A stretch of DNA of 64,000 bases from Eremomyces bilateralis CBS 781.70 (taxonomy: Eukaryota): the NCBI GenBank assembly GCA_010015585.1, contig ML975157.1; one strand, 5' to 3'. The position numbers and the translations under genes are program-made. Position 1 is the first letter of the stretch. Each line of letters starts with the position of its first letter. Positions 12,119-23,951 of the stretch are shown here, in pieces. The notes beneath the pieces are model-generated. The model was given only the letters and a program-made list of their open reading frames with translations. It made no database searches and was not told the DNA's origin.

Positions 12119-13162
12119 TGGACCGATTGAGAATGGACGCGGTGCATTTCCGATTTCGTAATAAGTGCCTTATCAAACAGGCATCACGAAGGTTCAGTTA
12201 CGGTTATTGCAGTAAGGGATAAATGAAGGACTATGCACTCTACGGACGAGGATATTTGCAACGTATGCTTACTAGCAGTTCAGCATACAGGTACCTCAGT
12301 TTCACGATCTCACCACATAAGATAGTGCAAAAAGTGAATGATGGTGCTAGTTCGAGGTTTACGAGGTTTATGGGAATACGTATTAGGCAAAATAGTAATT
12401 CAAGAAACATTTTCAAAACCTGGAATCGCCTTTGAGGATATCTAAAGAAAGCAACGGTGAATGTGGAGTAAGACGCACTTTTGGATTAGGGATTGTTTCG
12501 TTCGTGAGCATCTTTCCCGGTTCACCGTTCCTCCACCCTGGTTAAAGCTGAATATCCGGAAGATCTGCTCTTTACATAAGCAAACCAACTGTAGTCTTTA
12601 TTTCGGGAACATTGGGCTGATATGAGATGTGGAGATGCTTTAGTGCATCTTTTGCTGTTGAGATGAAACCGAGCAGAATGCTTGATATTAGCACTGCTTC
12701 TACATATGGAAATGATCGGAAGCGGCCCACATTATAGAAATTAGAATAATAATACGGAGCAGCATTCCTTTATTCTTGCTGCGGGATTGAACACTTAAAT
12801 TACAGCAGTACGACTTACGAATATGGTCACTTTCAAAGGAGTAAAATTGTTGGTTCAGATCATGGCCATCAGCGAACTGCCTAGATGGATGAACCAAGTG
12901 GTGTTTAATGAACCGCATCCATGTGATAGCGATTCCCCAACCAGGTATAGAGGATCATGATATATAAAAATGCTTACTGTTCTCCCAAGATACCTGACCC
13001 AGGATTTTTATTATGCAACAAGGTTTTAAATGCGGTTGCTGTGGGGATAATACGGGGTGATATGGAGATTTCTGGATATAAAAAGGATGAACCGCTGATC
13101 ATGTTGCCAAGCAGGACGAACAGACATCAGCCGACAGTTATTCGCAGCGCCATACTATCAAC

Positions 13163-13611
13163 ATGAAGTCGCTTCTTGCCTTGCTTGCCTTTGTACCTCT
13201 TCTTGTGACTGCTCGGCCTTCGTTAGACGAGCGGCAAGTTTGTGCATGCTTGCCGGATCGGTGTCCCTTTATCGCCGGACCGTTTCCTGGATTGGAACTG
13301 GTTAGTGTTGAAGGCAGTCTGGTCGAATCCATAGGACTAATGTTGCCTTCAGAGTTGCGATTGTAGTACCAAGGAAGCTCTTGCATGCATGATCTCTTGC
13401 GGGGGGCTACCTCTGGGCATTGAGGTATGTTCGACGAGACCAGCTGATTGAGAGAAGACGCTGACACCCTCTATAGCCTTGCCCCCCTGATGACTCCACA
13501 ACGACCTCTGCCGAAGTTCCAACTCCGCCGGTAATAACTGCTTCCATTACCACTACAACACTGCCGGCACCACCGTCATCTAGCAGCGCACCGGCTCCCA
13601 CGGGCGCTTAG
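13163..13611 (+). CDS. Small secreted Cys-rich protein (8 Cys) with Ser/Thr/Pro tail, 3 exons
   Basis: Signal peptide MKSLLALLAFVPLLVTA; introns 13301-13352 and 13425-13476 with canonical donor, branch and acceptor keep one frame to TAG at 13609-13611. Confidence 0.75.
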
Positions 13612-15187
13612 CTTGCAATATGACTCCGCGCTGCCATAGGAGACTGAGATCCGTTGCTATGTGAGGTCGAGATGTCGGCCGATTGATCGGTAGCGTTGAC
13701 GTCGGTATCGGAGGCCATGTGAAGGAGGCGGCCCTGCAGGGTCATTCTTTCGGAAGGAGTTCCTGGGAACGGAGGAGATGTCTGATATGGTTGTACAATA
13801 TTCAAGGCATTATTTGGAAACACAATGAAGTAGGGGCGCCTGTGTTACACCAGTTCCAAACTCTGGGCTCTCGCTTTGAGAATGCCGGCGGGGCCAGCCA
13901 TGTATGAGCTACTTCTATGTTCAAATATCTGGAATCGAATCAACACCAATTAAAGGACGAAATACGACGACCAACTAACGAATTTGGATCTGAGAGTTTC
14001 AAATGTCGGTTTCAAAGGCTGAAGCCCGAAGGCAGTCACGACAGAGGGGCATACCCAACGCCATGCTCAGAGGTGAGGACACGAGATCGGCAAGAAACCC
14101 GCCTAAGAGTGAAGATCATTCAAGGCGTTGAAGCCGCTTGAAGGTCACTTGAAACGCGACATTCGTATTAAAGGTGCCGAGAAGGAAAGAAATCAGGTCG
14201 TCTCCCGGAAATCCAGTCAGGGTACCTGGTATCGCATGGTGGCGCAGTCTGTATGTCCCACTCGACGATGAAGGATACCGGGAAATGGGAAGTCAACCAC
14301 GGGGAATTAGAACCCAGGTTTAGCAAACATCGATTCAGCGGCGATCAAAGCTATCATCTTGCATGATATGGGAGGGAATGAGGATGTTTTAAAGTTGCGG
14401 GACACAATGGAGGGAGCGGAAACCTTGGCGCTGGGACCCAATTGTTAGGGAAGGAGCCAAGGAGTGACACGTGATAGACCAGGGGTGAGCCTCAGTCGCG
14501 TTTCAGGATCCCGTCGCCAAGTCCCGCGGCCAAACATCCATCTCCATTCTCCTGCTTTGCTATGTTCATTACGACCGAATCCCATCCCTACTCCCCTTTC
14601 CTTCAATTGACCAGAGGTAATGGTACCTGTGTAGGCACTAGGTAATAACCTCTCCACATGCCACAACTTTCATCTTACTCTCACAACTCTTTTGCTTCTC
14701 AGGAGATGGGAGATCAGGGGATAAGACTCAAACATGAAGTCTCCGAATGCGTCTCGCCTGTGATGCCTCTCGACTCTCCAGTCCGGATCACTGCGAAATA
14801 GCTCCTTTCACAGCATACGAGTGGCTGATTCCGCGGATTTTCGTGTCCATTACTACCTAATTTCTTGCTTCCTGTTGAACTCCATTTGAACCGTAGGGAT
14901 GCGATTTGAGGTGGTGCTAATCGCGATCTACGATCTGCCAGCCTCCACACAGCTACCCGCCGTCGTGTTTGTCGATCTCTTGAAACATTGTTCATTTTAG
15001 CGTCCCGAGTGTGCCTAACCGCTCATGGCTGCTATTCCGGATTTCAAATGCCCTCATTACACTATCCAGTACTCAAGGCTTCATCGAAGTATAAGTATGA
15101 AGGTAATGTTACTCTAGACCATCGCTTTTCTGTTTGACCACTATCAACTCCATCAAACCCTGTCCAGTCTTTGATCCGCTTTTCAAA

Positions 15188-15974
15188 ATGCACCTCCTTA
15201 GCTTCGTCAACTACACCCTCCTCCTCGCCTCTGCGACATACGCCTCTGAGCTCAACGGAGCTTGCACAGGCGCAGGCGGCGCTCCAGGCGTGTGTGTTTC
15301 TACGTCCTCTTGCAGCAAGGCGGGCGGGAAATCCATCACCGGCGCGTGCCCCAACCTCGCGGAAGACATCAAATGTTGCACCAAGGCCGCCTGTGGAACT
15401 GACGGCGACTGCCGCTGGACCGATTCTTGCACCGGCACGCCTGTCGCCAACCAGTGCCCTGGGCCCGCCGCTTTCAAATGTTGCCAACCCGGTGGCGATA
15501 CCGGTGGCGAGGATGGCTACCCTACCCCGGAGTATCCCGCGGTGGGCGATGCGACCGGGTCGTGCAAGCAGGTGACTGTTACTAGCGCCGAAAAAGTCAT
15601 CGAGGCGTTCCCGGGCAAGGTGCGAGAGCTCTTCTGCACCCGCGACTGCACGTGCCCTGGGACGAGCGAGCACTGCTGCGGGCGCGCCATGGACTTCATG
15701 TGCTCCGATGGTGGCGGTGTCCGCACTGAGGCAGGCGAACCCATCGCGGAATGGGTCATGGAGAACCACGCGTCGATGAATGTCATGTATGTCATCTGGG
15801 GTCAGAAGATCTGGAGTCCGTCTCGCGATGATCAGGGGCCGTGGTCGGGATGGCGCGATATGGAGGACCGCGGATCGGTTACTGCAAACCATTGGTGAGT
15901 TCCCCCTGCATAATAATTTCTGCGTGTTTGCTTACAACAATAGGGATCATGTCCATGTTAGCTACAATGAGTGA
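15188..15974 (+). CDS. Secreted protein: Cys-rich N-terminal module plus M15/LAS-like Zn-peptidase domain (ARB_07466-like)
   Basis: Signal peptide; intron 15895-15943; motifs SEHCCGRAMDF (H-x6-D) and NHWDHVHVSY (HxH). Confidence 0.8.
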
Positions 15975-16723
15975 TTGGCGTGTGGGTTGATTTCTGCTGA
16001 ACTGGAGTTTTGATGGGTATTCAACGTGATATTTGGAAGGGATGGTCGAATTTCTGCCTGATTGAAGTCGGTTCGACTGTCTATGAAGCTGCACGAATAG
16101 CTCTGGTGTTCCAAAATGAAATGCAATTGCGGATGATCCATTTTGTGCAACTGATATACTCTGATATCTAACTCCTGAGCGAATAGCAGCGAACATCAAT
16201 TACGGTAATACCCAACAGAATTTTGGAGTTACAAATGTTCTCTACGATATATGTACTCGTGACCCTGTATTATTTTACCCCTGTATGGAGTGAGTGCTTG
16301 ACGATATCGTAATATCATATATTCAATGCATCTGTATCTGATCATATTATTCAGGGCTGGAGCTGGGACTGGGGCAGTGGTTCAGGCGCCAACCTCAATA
16401 CCCCATGTCAGCCTTGCAGCCTTGACATCTTGCCAGTGCGACGCAGCAAAAACCCTCCGAATAACATGAAACAACATAATTAAGGCAACAATTTTGGTTT
16501 CAAGCCAGGCAAGGTTCGACTTTCAGAACTGCTTGGAAGTTGGAACATCCATTTGTTTAGGCTCCGCTGTGGACTTTCGACGGCAGGCAACTCTAGCTTC
16601 CTCTGAAATTGATACATATTCACATATCTTCCACTCTCGAGATACTTTCCAGAAAGAATAACACCCATTGCTGGAGCGACCGGCCAGCGTTGACCCGTTT
16701 CCATCTCTTACAAGTCTCGCATC

Positions 16724-17516
16724 ATGGTATGGCTCCCCATAGTACTCCGACGTCAAATGCTCACCTGTTCCCACCATCCAGGCCCGAAATGCCGAGAAGG
16801 CGCAATCCATGCTCTTCCGCTTCCGAGCGCAAGAAGCCGCCGACCTAGGCATCCTCGACGTCGGCCGCTCCCGCCGCCCGAAGGCCATCACCACCATCGA
16901 GTCGATCCCCGTCTGCGAGAAATGGCGCGGCCAGGTGCTCAAGGAGATCTCCCGCAAGGTGTCGAAGATCCAGGAGGACTCGCTCAGCGACTTCCAGATC
17001 CGCGACCTGAACGACGAAATCAACAAGCTGATGCGGGAGAAGCACGTGTGGGAGCTGCAGATTCGGAATCTGGGGGGCCCAAATTATATGCGGGGGGGGA
17101 GGGTGGTTGACGATCAGGGGAGGGAGATCGTCGGGGCGGGGGCGAAGGGGTACAGATATTTTGGACGGGCAAGGGAGTTGCCGGGGGTCAAGGAGCTTTT
17201 CGAAGCGGTGTCGAGACCGGAGCAGACCGAGGAGAAGCAGACCACCAGGGCGGAATTGAGGCGGAATGTGGATGCGGCATATTATGGGTATAATCTCGAT
17301 GAGGAAGATGGAACGCTGTTGGCGTATGAGTCGGAGAAAGAGAAGGAGGCATTTGGTGCGGTCATGGCCCAGGCCGATGCCGACAAAAAGACCGACTGGG
17401 AGGATATTCCAGGCGATGCTGGTGACGGAGCGGCATGGCGGTTGCCCACACTAGAAGAAGTCCAAGAGGAGATTGTGGACAGGAAACGGCGCAAGCTGCT
17501 GGACAAGCTGGGCTGA
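16724..17516 (+). CDS. ISY1: Pre-mRNA splicing factor Isy1
   Basis: ATG, intron 16727-16781, then ARNAEKAQSMLFRF...QIRDLNDEINKLMREK...GYRYFGRARELPGVKELF. Confidence 0.95.
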
Positions 17517-18720
17517 GGTTACGATGCTTCTGTATGAATCATGCATGGGCTGGAGTTAGGTGATGGGAAACAGTATACCCGTTAATGGTGCCTTTCGAAG
17601 CACCAATGTCATTGAACGTTATTCAGCGTCATGCCATATATGACACTTGCAAGTGAACTTTGTTTACGCACAATTTCGTTGCTGAAATGACTGGTTCGAG
17701 TATTTTCGCTCTCCAGAGTGGGTCAGGGGCAACGAGGGGGACTATATACCTGTCACCCACCCATCTAAGTACCCAGGCACTTGGAGATTTTGTTCTTAGC
17801 TATATGAATTGCAAGGGCTCTAAACAACGACTTGATCACTCTTAAATTATTGTATCGACAGAGAGAAAAACTGTGGTACTAGGGGACCATTTTTTCAAGC
17901 CGCATTACCACCGAATGTTGAATCCCATGGCCGGAAATAGGGCTAGTTTCGGAAGGGCCTTCAGCCATCCACTGGATCGCATGCCGCGAGAGGGAAGTAT
18001 GAGGATGAATGGTCCAATGACATCAATGGGAGTCCCCCCTGGAATGAGACATCCGGGCCCTCTTGATTATCGGACCGGCGCTCCCCTTGGACGGCAGATA
18101 GGGTTCGGTATGCCCTCCTGCGTTGGGTTACTTCGATGATCCAGTTGTATTTCCTTCAGGAGGTAGACCCCAAATTATGCCCACGCCTCATCTGAGACAG
18201 ATGAGTCCTGGTGGAGAGGTGCCTTTTGGACCTATGGGGAATCTATGGGAGGAGGTCCAACTCGTGCATATTTCGGCCCTCAGGCGTTCTCGGGGCCTAT
18301 GTTAGGAAGAGGAATCCATCCTTCCGAAATGTGGTAATACTGATTAGTAGGCCCGAACTTATGGTAGGTTCATCGCTCCGAAGCACCTGAGTAATTGTAG
18401 GGGTGGTTATTATATGCATTCCGTATAGTGGTCTTATGTACTCAGTGGTAGTTGGTACCATCCATCCATATCGGAGTCAACAACAACATTTAAGGGTTAT
18501 AATGAGACATCAAGCTGGTCAAGCTCGGTTAGAAGTTTTGTACAAATGTGTGCCATCTCTTCAAATTGAACTACTTATACGGGTAAGTGCTCAAAACTAA
18601 GGGGAAAATGTCCATGACTGGCAATTATTATTAATATTAGTTACGGCTTACGCCGACTCAACGACGGCAGCGCCTCAACCATACCAACACTGCGGAAAAT
18701 GTCATCCAACGGCGTGCTTT

Positions 18721-21579
18721 TCATTTTAAGCTTTTGCTGCTTGGCACTTGCCATCTACGTTTATTAGTACCGTTTTCAAGTTCCCGCCCCTGAAGTTCAT
18801 CACTCCATGCATGCTTCGCGTCCTTTGGTTCGTCCGAAATGGCATACCAATGCTTCTCTTCTTCGCTAATGTACCAAGGCGCCCTCATCTGCTCCCCACT
18901 CGGTCCGTCACCACTGGTACCACTCATCGTCTTGGGCGGTTGTGAGTTTACAGCAACGGCGAAGAGGTTCGTCGGATCGAAGAAATCTTTTATCAGGCGG
19001 CCACGGTGGAAGAGGAAGTAGATGAGAATGGTGAAGTTTGAAAGAAAGACCAGCAGGAGGACGACATGGAATGCTTGCTGGCCCGAAAGCGTTCCACCGG
19101 AGGCGTATTGCTGGGATCGAATCAAGGCCATGAACTCCTGGTATATGGGTGACGGCAGGATGTTGTGTAGGTCCGGGGGAAGGGTATATTCCTAGTTATG
19201 TCAGCTCGAAGGTGATAGACGGAGGGTTGGGATTGAAAGTGCACGTACAAAGCCAGGGTGAAACGGGGTATCTTTAGCACCCATCAATACGCTTGCGCCA
19301 GTGAGTACAGCCAAGGATTCAGCGAGGCTCGGTCGAGCGGGATCAAGTGTAGTCATGGAATCAGACATCGCGAGTTGCATCAGGAGCCGAGCGGTTGCGG
19401 CGTTCGCATCCGAAATACCTGCATTCAGAGCTAAAGCGCTTCCGATCCCTGAAGCAACCCACGGCCAATCTTTACTGGCCGTTGCGTTACCGGCCGGGAA
19501 AAGGGGGTTGAAGTGCTTATAGGCACGCTCATTATCATCCGCACATTCGGCCTCCAATTTGGTGCCACTGGAAGCAGCAGAGAAGGTAGTGCTGCATTTA
19601 GCAGTCTGATAAGTACGCAACTGACAAAGGACGTAAGACTGGTTCGTCGCGAACGATGGAGAGCCTCGTCCCAGCAAATAGATCGAGTCACGCCCGTAAC
19701 GGAAGGTGTTATTCAGAACCTGTGTCCATGAGCTTCTGCAATCCTACAGCAATTTTGCCGGCTACTTATACTCACAGTGTTGTAATCTTCTGGATATTTT
19801 GGGAAAACTGTGCCATATTAGACTCTTGAATGCTGCACATGACGGCTATCAAGACTGACTTGGAGGATACTGGCCATTCTCAGGGCCCCACCCGAACACT
19901 TCGTCCACAACCGTCCGATTAATCTGAGGCCAGTCTGTGATATTGGCCAGTTTGGATTCATGCCAACCTTGAGCAAGACCCGATATATTCGCATTCGGCC
20001 AGGCCTCATATACGATTGGCTCCAGCTCGCGCTCTTTCATATTCGCGCAAAGAACATTAATGACGGGAGACAGGACCGAGGCTTGCAGAAAATACGACCC
20101 TATTCCATCAAGATCCTGCTGTAATTTAGCTTTCATTTGAAGGGCAATCATGACTGCCAAATCCACTGACCTCCGGTTGTAGAATCTGATTGACTTGGTC
20201 TCGCGCGGATTGAACTACTCCGACATGAGGGAATGCCAGGCTCACATTGTTCAAAACGCGACCAAAGGCCTCGCTATCGGATGTGAGGTTACGGTTATCG
20301 ATCCATTGAGCCTTTATGGTGGTGTCCTCGTAGAGAGATCCAACTCCCGTTGGCCGCTTCCCCTGGTCCACCCTGCCGACGCCTGTGGCTGAAAAATGTG
20401 ACCATTCGGAAAGATACGTGATGAAATTATGGTAGCACTGAGAGGCATACGATATTTCCATGCAAGTGTTAGCCTCCACGTCTTCGTCTTTTCCGCTCGT
20501 CAATCGAATAGCCGGTGGGGATTCGCAGGTCTGTGCTAGATAGTGTGCATTTCCGAACGAGGTCCGAATCGCACCTTTCATCACCTTGGACTCCCAGTCC
20601 GAAAACTTAAGTTGAGGTGCAACTGTGTCATGTCAGCTGTAATGATCCCGCCTTTTAATGGGAAGTCTTCTGACCTAGAGCGTTCGCGGCAGTGGTATAG
20701 AATGTGCTCAAGAGTGCTGCAACCAGACTTAGTACCCCCAAGATGGACCATCCGGCGTATCGCACGGTCTTTGGATGGGTAATCATTGTCCCAGGCTGCA
20801 GTATCCAGCCCCTCATTCCGATCTCAGCCAAACTAACCCCTTTACCCCCACGACTAAACGCCCTGCGGCTTAACACTTGCCCAAGGAAAGTCACGAAAAT
20901 TGCGACGAACGACAGCTCAATCAATTTCGCAAATAAAGTAGTGATGATGGACGCACTGGAGAATGTCAACGATCCCTTGGTCCGTATCCATCCGTATCGC
21001 GGCCCCTTTGCTGCGATGATGAAGTACATTGCGGAGAGGATGGTTGAGATTACGCAAAGGACGATGATCGTTATTGAGAGCCATCTAGAACTTTGGACGG
21101 CACCTGGGCTTTTGGCCTGGGAAGAATCGGTGGTTTTACGGTCGACTAATGTACTGGAATCAGATACATATCCGCTAGATCCCACGTACTATAAAGGCGT
21201 GACTTCACTTACCATCATTCGCTGAGCCGGTTGTGCCAATGCTCTGGATGTTGTCACCTCTGGAGTGATCGTCGAATGCCTGGTCGGGTGGCACTTGATA
21301 GCCGCTTCCATCGTAAGGGATGCTGAAATGCCAGCTTGGGGTCGACCTGTCGTGGGGATTCGGCCCTGACTCCATGTTTTGCGAGTCATGCTTGCTCCTG
21401 TCAGAGAATGTGTCGTCATTAGGATTAAAGGATAGAGGTAATAAGAGAGGACTGGCGGGCCCTGGAGACGGTGGAGTTGTATTGGATCTTTCGGTATCGG
21501 GGGATGTTATGTTTGGAGAGCCAGAGATTGACATGAACCCATCCGATGCCCGTAATAATGATTGATGGTCTGTATCCAT
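18721..21579 (-). CDS. Multi-exon membrane protein of unknown function
   Basis: Chain of same-strand ORFs (21205.., 20655.., 20126.., 19849.., 19201.., 18721..) linked by canonical introns; N-terminal TM segments (AKLIELSFVAIFVTFLGQVLSRRA) and one C-terminal TM followed by DFFDPTNLFAVAVNS. Confidence 0.75.
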
Positions 21580-23951
21580 CGTCGATCGCCTCGTTACAAT
21601 GGGCACTCCTGTTAATTGATCCGTGCTGTTTCGTGGTGTTTGGAGTCGACTAGCCGGCCTGACCGGACTGACTGGAGATTGTGCAGAAAAGCTAGGTCGG
21701 GGTTGTCCTTCCCTGGCGAATGTATCTACTGGAGATATGTTCTCCGTTCCTTCAATTCCCAGACCGGCCGTTTGCTCCGTATATGATAAGGCTGGCTGAC
21801 TATACGCTGCGCTGGATTTGTCCCTTTGAAGCTGTAAGTAAGGCTAGGTCTCTTCGCGGTCGTTTCGTTCATACCTGCTTTTCAGCTTCGCACAGCCGTT
21901 CCCTCCAATGTCTGGTGAAGACATGGAGACTCTTCTGCTGTCGATTAAAGTACGTCGCGGAGAAGGCATCCAGGTACCGTCATTTTCGGCGGGAGGTACC
22001 GCATCGCCAAACTCCTCAACGAATCTTGATCGGTTGCGCGAGTGACGGGAACTCGATCCGGGCGAGGCCATCTCCAGGAAAGAAACGTTGACTTCCCGCA
22101 CCACATTCAGATAGATTGGGAGTTTTGACAGCAAACTCTCGCAAAGTATAACTTGAAGGACAGGAAAGCAGGCCAATGCGGTTGGAGAACTGAGTTACAC
22201 AATTGTAATGATCGCACACCATTATGTTTGCGGTTTGCTAGAAGCGACGAAACAGCTTGGGTCAGCACGGACATAGGAGCTCGACCAAGGCCGAAAATAG
22301 AGCAAGACGGCATATAAGTTATAACTAAGAAGTAAGAATGTTGGAACTAAGGTGCTCAAGTGCAGCCACTGTCTAGAGACCTGCGAGAGCCAAACGGGTG
22401 GAATAAGGCGAACGCGCTAGTGTACTGGTGTATGTTCCGACCGCTTTCACGCGTATGGCGCCATTGGGATATGTATCATATATCATAAATGATTGGAGTC
22501 AGGAATTGGAAGGACTCAATGTGACTGTGTAACATGAAGAGACCAACCCATTTGCTCGAAAGGGACCAAACCTCTTAATGATCTTAATCGGTTCAACCGT
22601 GCCGCCGGTATGTCCCAGTGAACACAAAATCCATACTCCGTAGGTGCCGAAGAGATCTATTGTTAGCATGGATATTAGTGCATGAAACAAGTTCCTTCAA
22701 TTGTGGAGGATTATCTCAGACCAGGCATGGGCATTGGGCGGGCATCCAACTTCCATGCTAGTGGTCTGGGGGCGGAGCCGCAGAGGGGCTTGCTTCAATC
22801 GGATCACAGTGGCCCAAGTGGGTCAGATGAATGGTCCACCGATTTCCAACACTTTTAGCGTCAGTTGTCCTCGACGTCCAAGGCCGGATTCGATATATCG
22901 CCGGTAAAATAAGCTTACGGCAGAGGCTAAAGTCCATGGCGTAGTAGTAAATAATGAATTAGTTAACTAGTTAGTGATAACTAACTTAGTTAGTACATAC
23001 CTTTGTTAGAATGCGGTCATACTTTGATACTAGCAAGACTCACATTCAGGAAGGAAAGTGGAACTGCTTGATTTGAATTCTCACCGCGATTCTCCGGACG
23101 ACATTACAACCATAAGCCCGAGTGCTGTCTTGGACACCGGTCCGAGCCTAAGCTTGGATACTGCCTGTCCGCCTTTGGTAGGAAGAGTCGGATGAAATTA
23201 GTTGCAGCGAGAAGCGTTGTAAACGGGTAACTGGTAAGATCCAGCCAATCACTAACTGTCAAATAATGGCCATGCAGCATGCCTTGCATGGTGCGTCTTA
23301 TGATTAGTGATTGGTTCCGTAATTCCTGCCTACGTTGATTGGGTTATCCTCGACTTCAATGGCGAAGCTTGCATGAAGGATGGAAAGCTTGTAAGATGGT
23401 AGACCATAGAATTATGCAACCTGGTGGCTGCCCAAGCACGCCAAGCCATCGACGTTGATTGGATTACATCACGTGGAAAAGGTAATTCGCTGCAATTAAA
23501 GACAACGAAACATGAACCTGAAGCACTCGATTATCTGATGTAGTAAAATTATGTACAGTGCAGCCCAGATCCCATAGTTTTTGCCATCTAGCCGCTGCCG
23601 AGACTGCCTTTGCCCATGTCCCCAACGGTCCAGCCCATCGAGAACGCCCAGTGGAGCCAATCTGCACTTCGCCTCCACCGCTTGTATCTCGAGTGTAGGC
23701 GTGGTAGGCATGGCGGCGGAAATCTCAAACCAAAGCGCATAATAAGGTAAAGCATACATTCCGAAACGAAAAAAAGGGCAACTCGTGTCGAACCGCTAGC
23801 ACCGAACGAGAACTTCCCATCCGTGCGGCTGCTAGTCATGCCGCTTCCGTCATCCGTGTCGTAGGCCCATGAGAAAGCATGCAGACCCCAAGCGCCGGGC
23901 AATGCTAAAGGTATTCGGGTTTCAATTTGAGAAAAGAGCAAGAGCTCAAAT

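Noticed and set aside
15062..15892. 276-aa minus-strand ORF
   Set aside because: Antisense to the GC-rich secreted protein gene
17873..18305. Met/Pro/Gly-rich short ORFs, a possible small spliced gene
   Set aside because: No consistent exon chain or motif could be established
22955..23000. TA-rich short inverted repeat (AGTTAGT-GATA-ACTAACT)
   Set aside because: Too short and low-complexity to distinguish from chance
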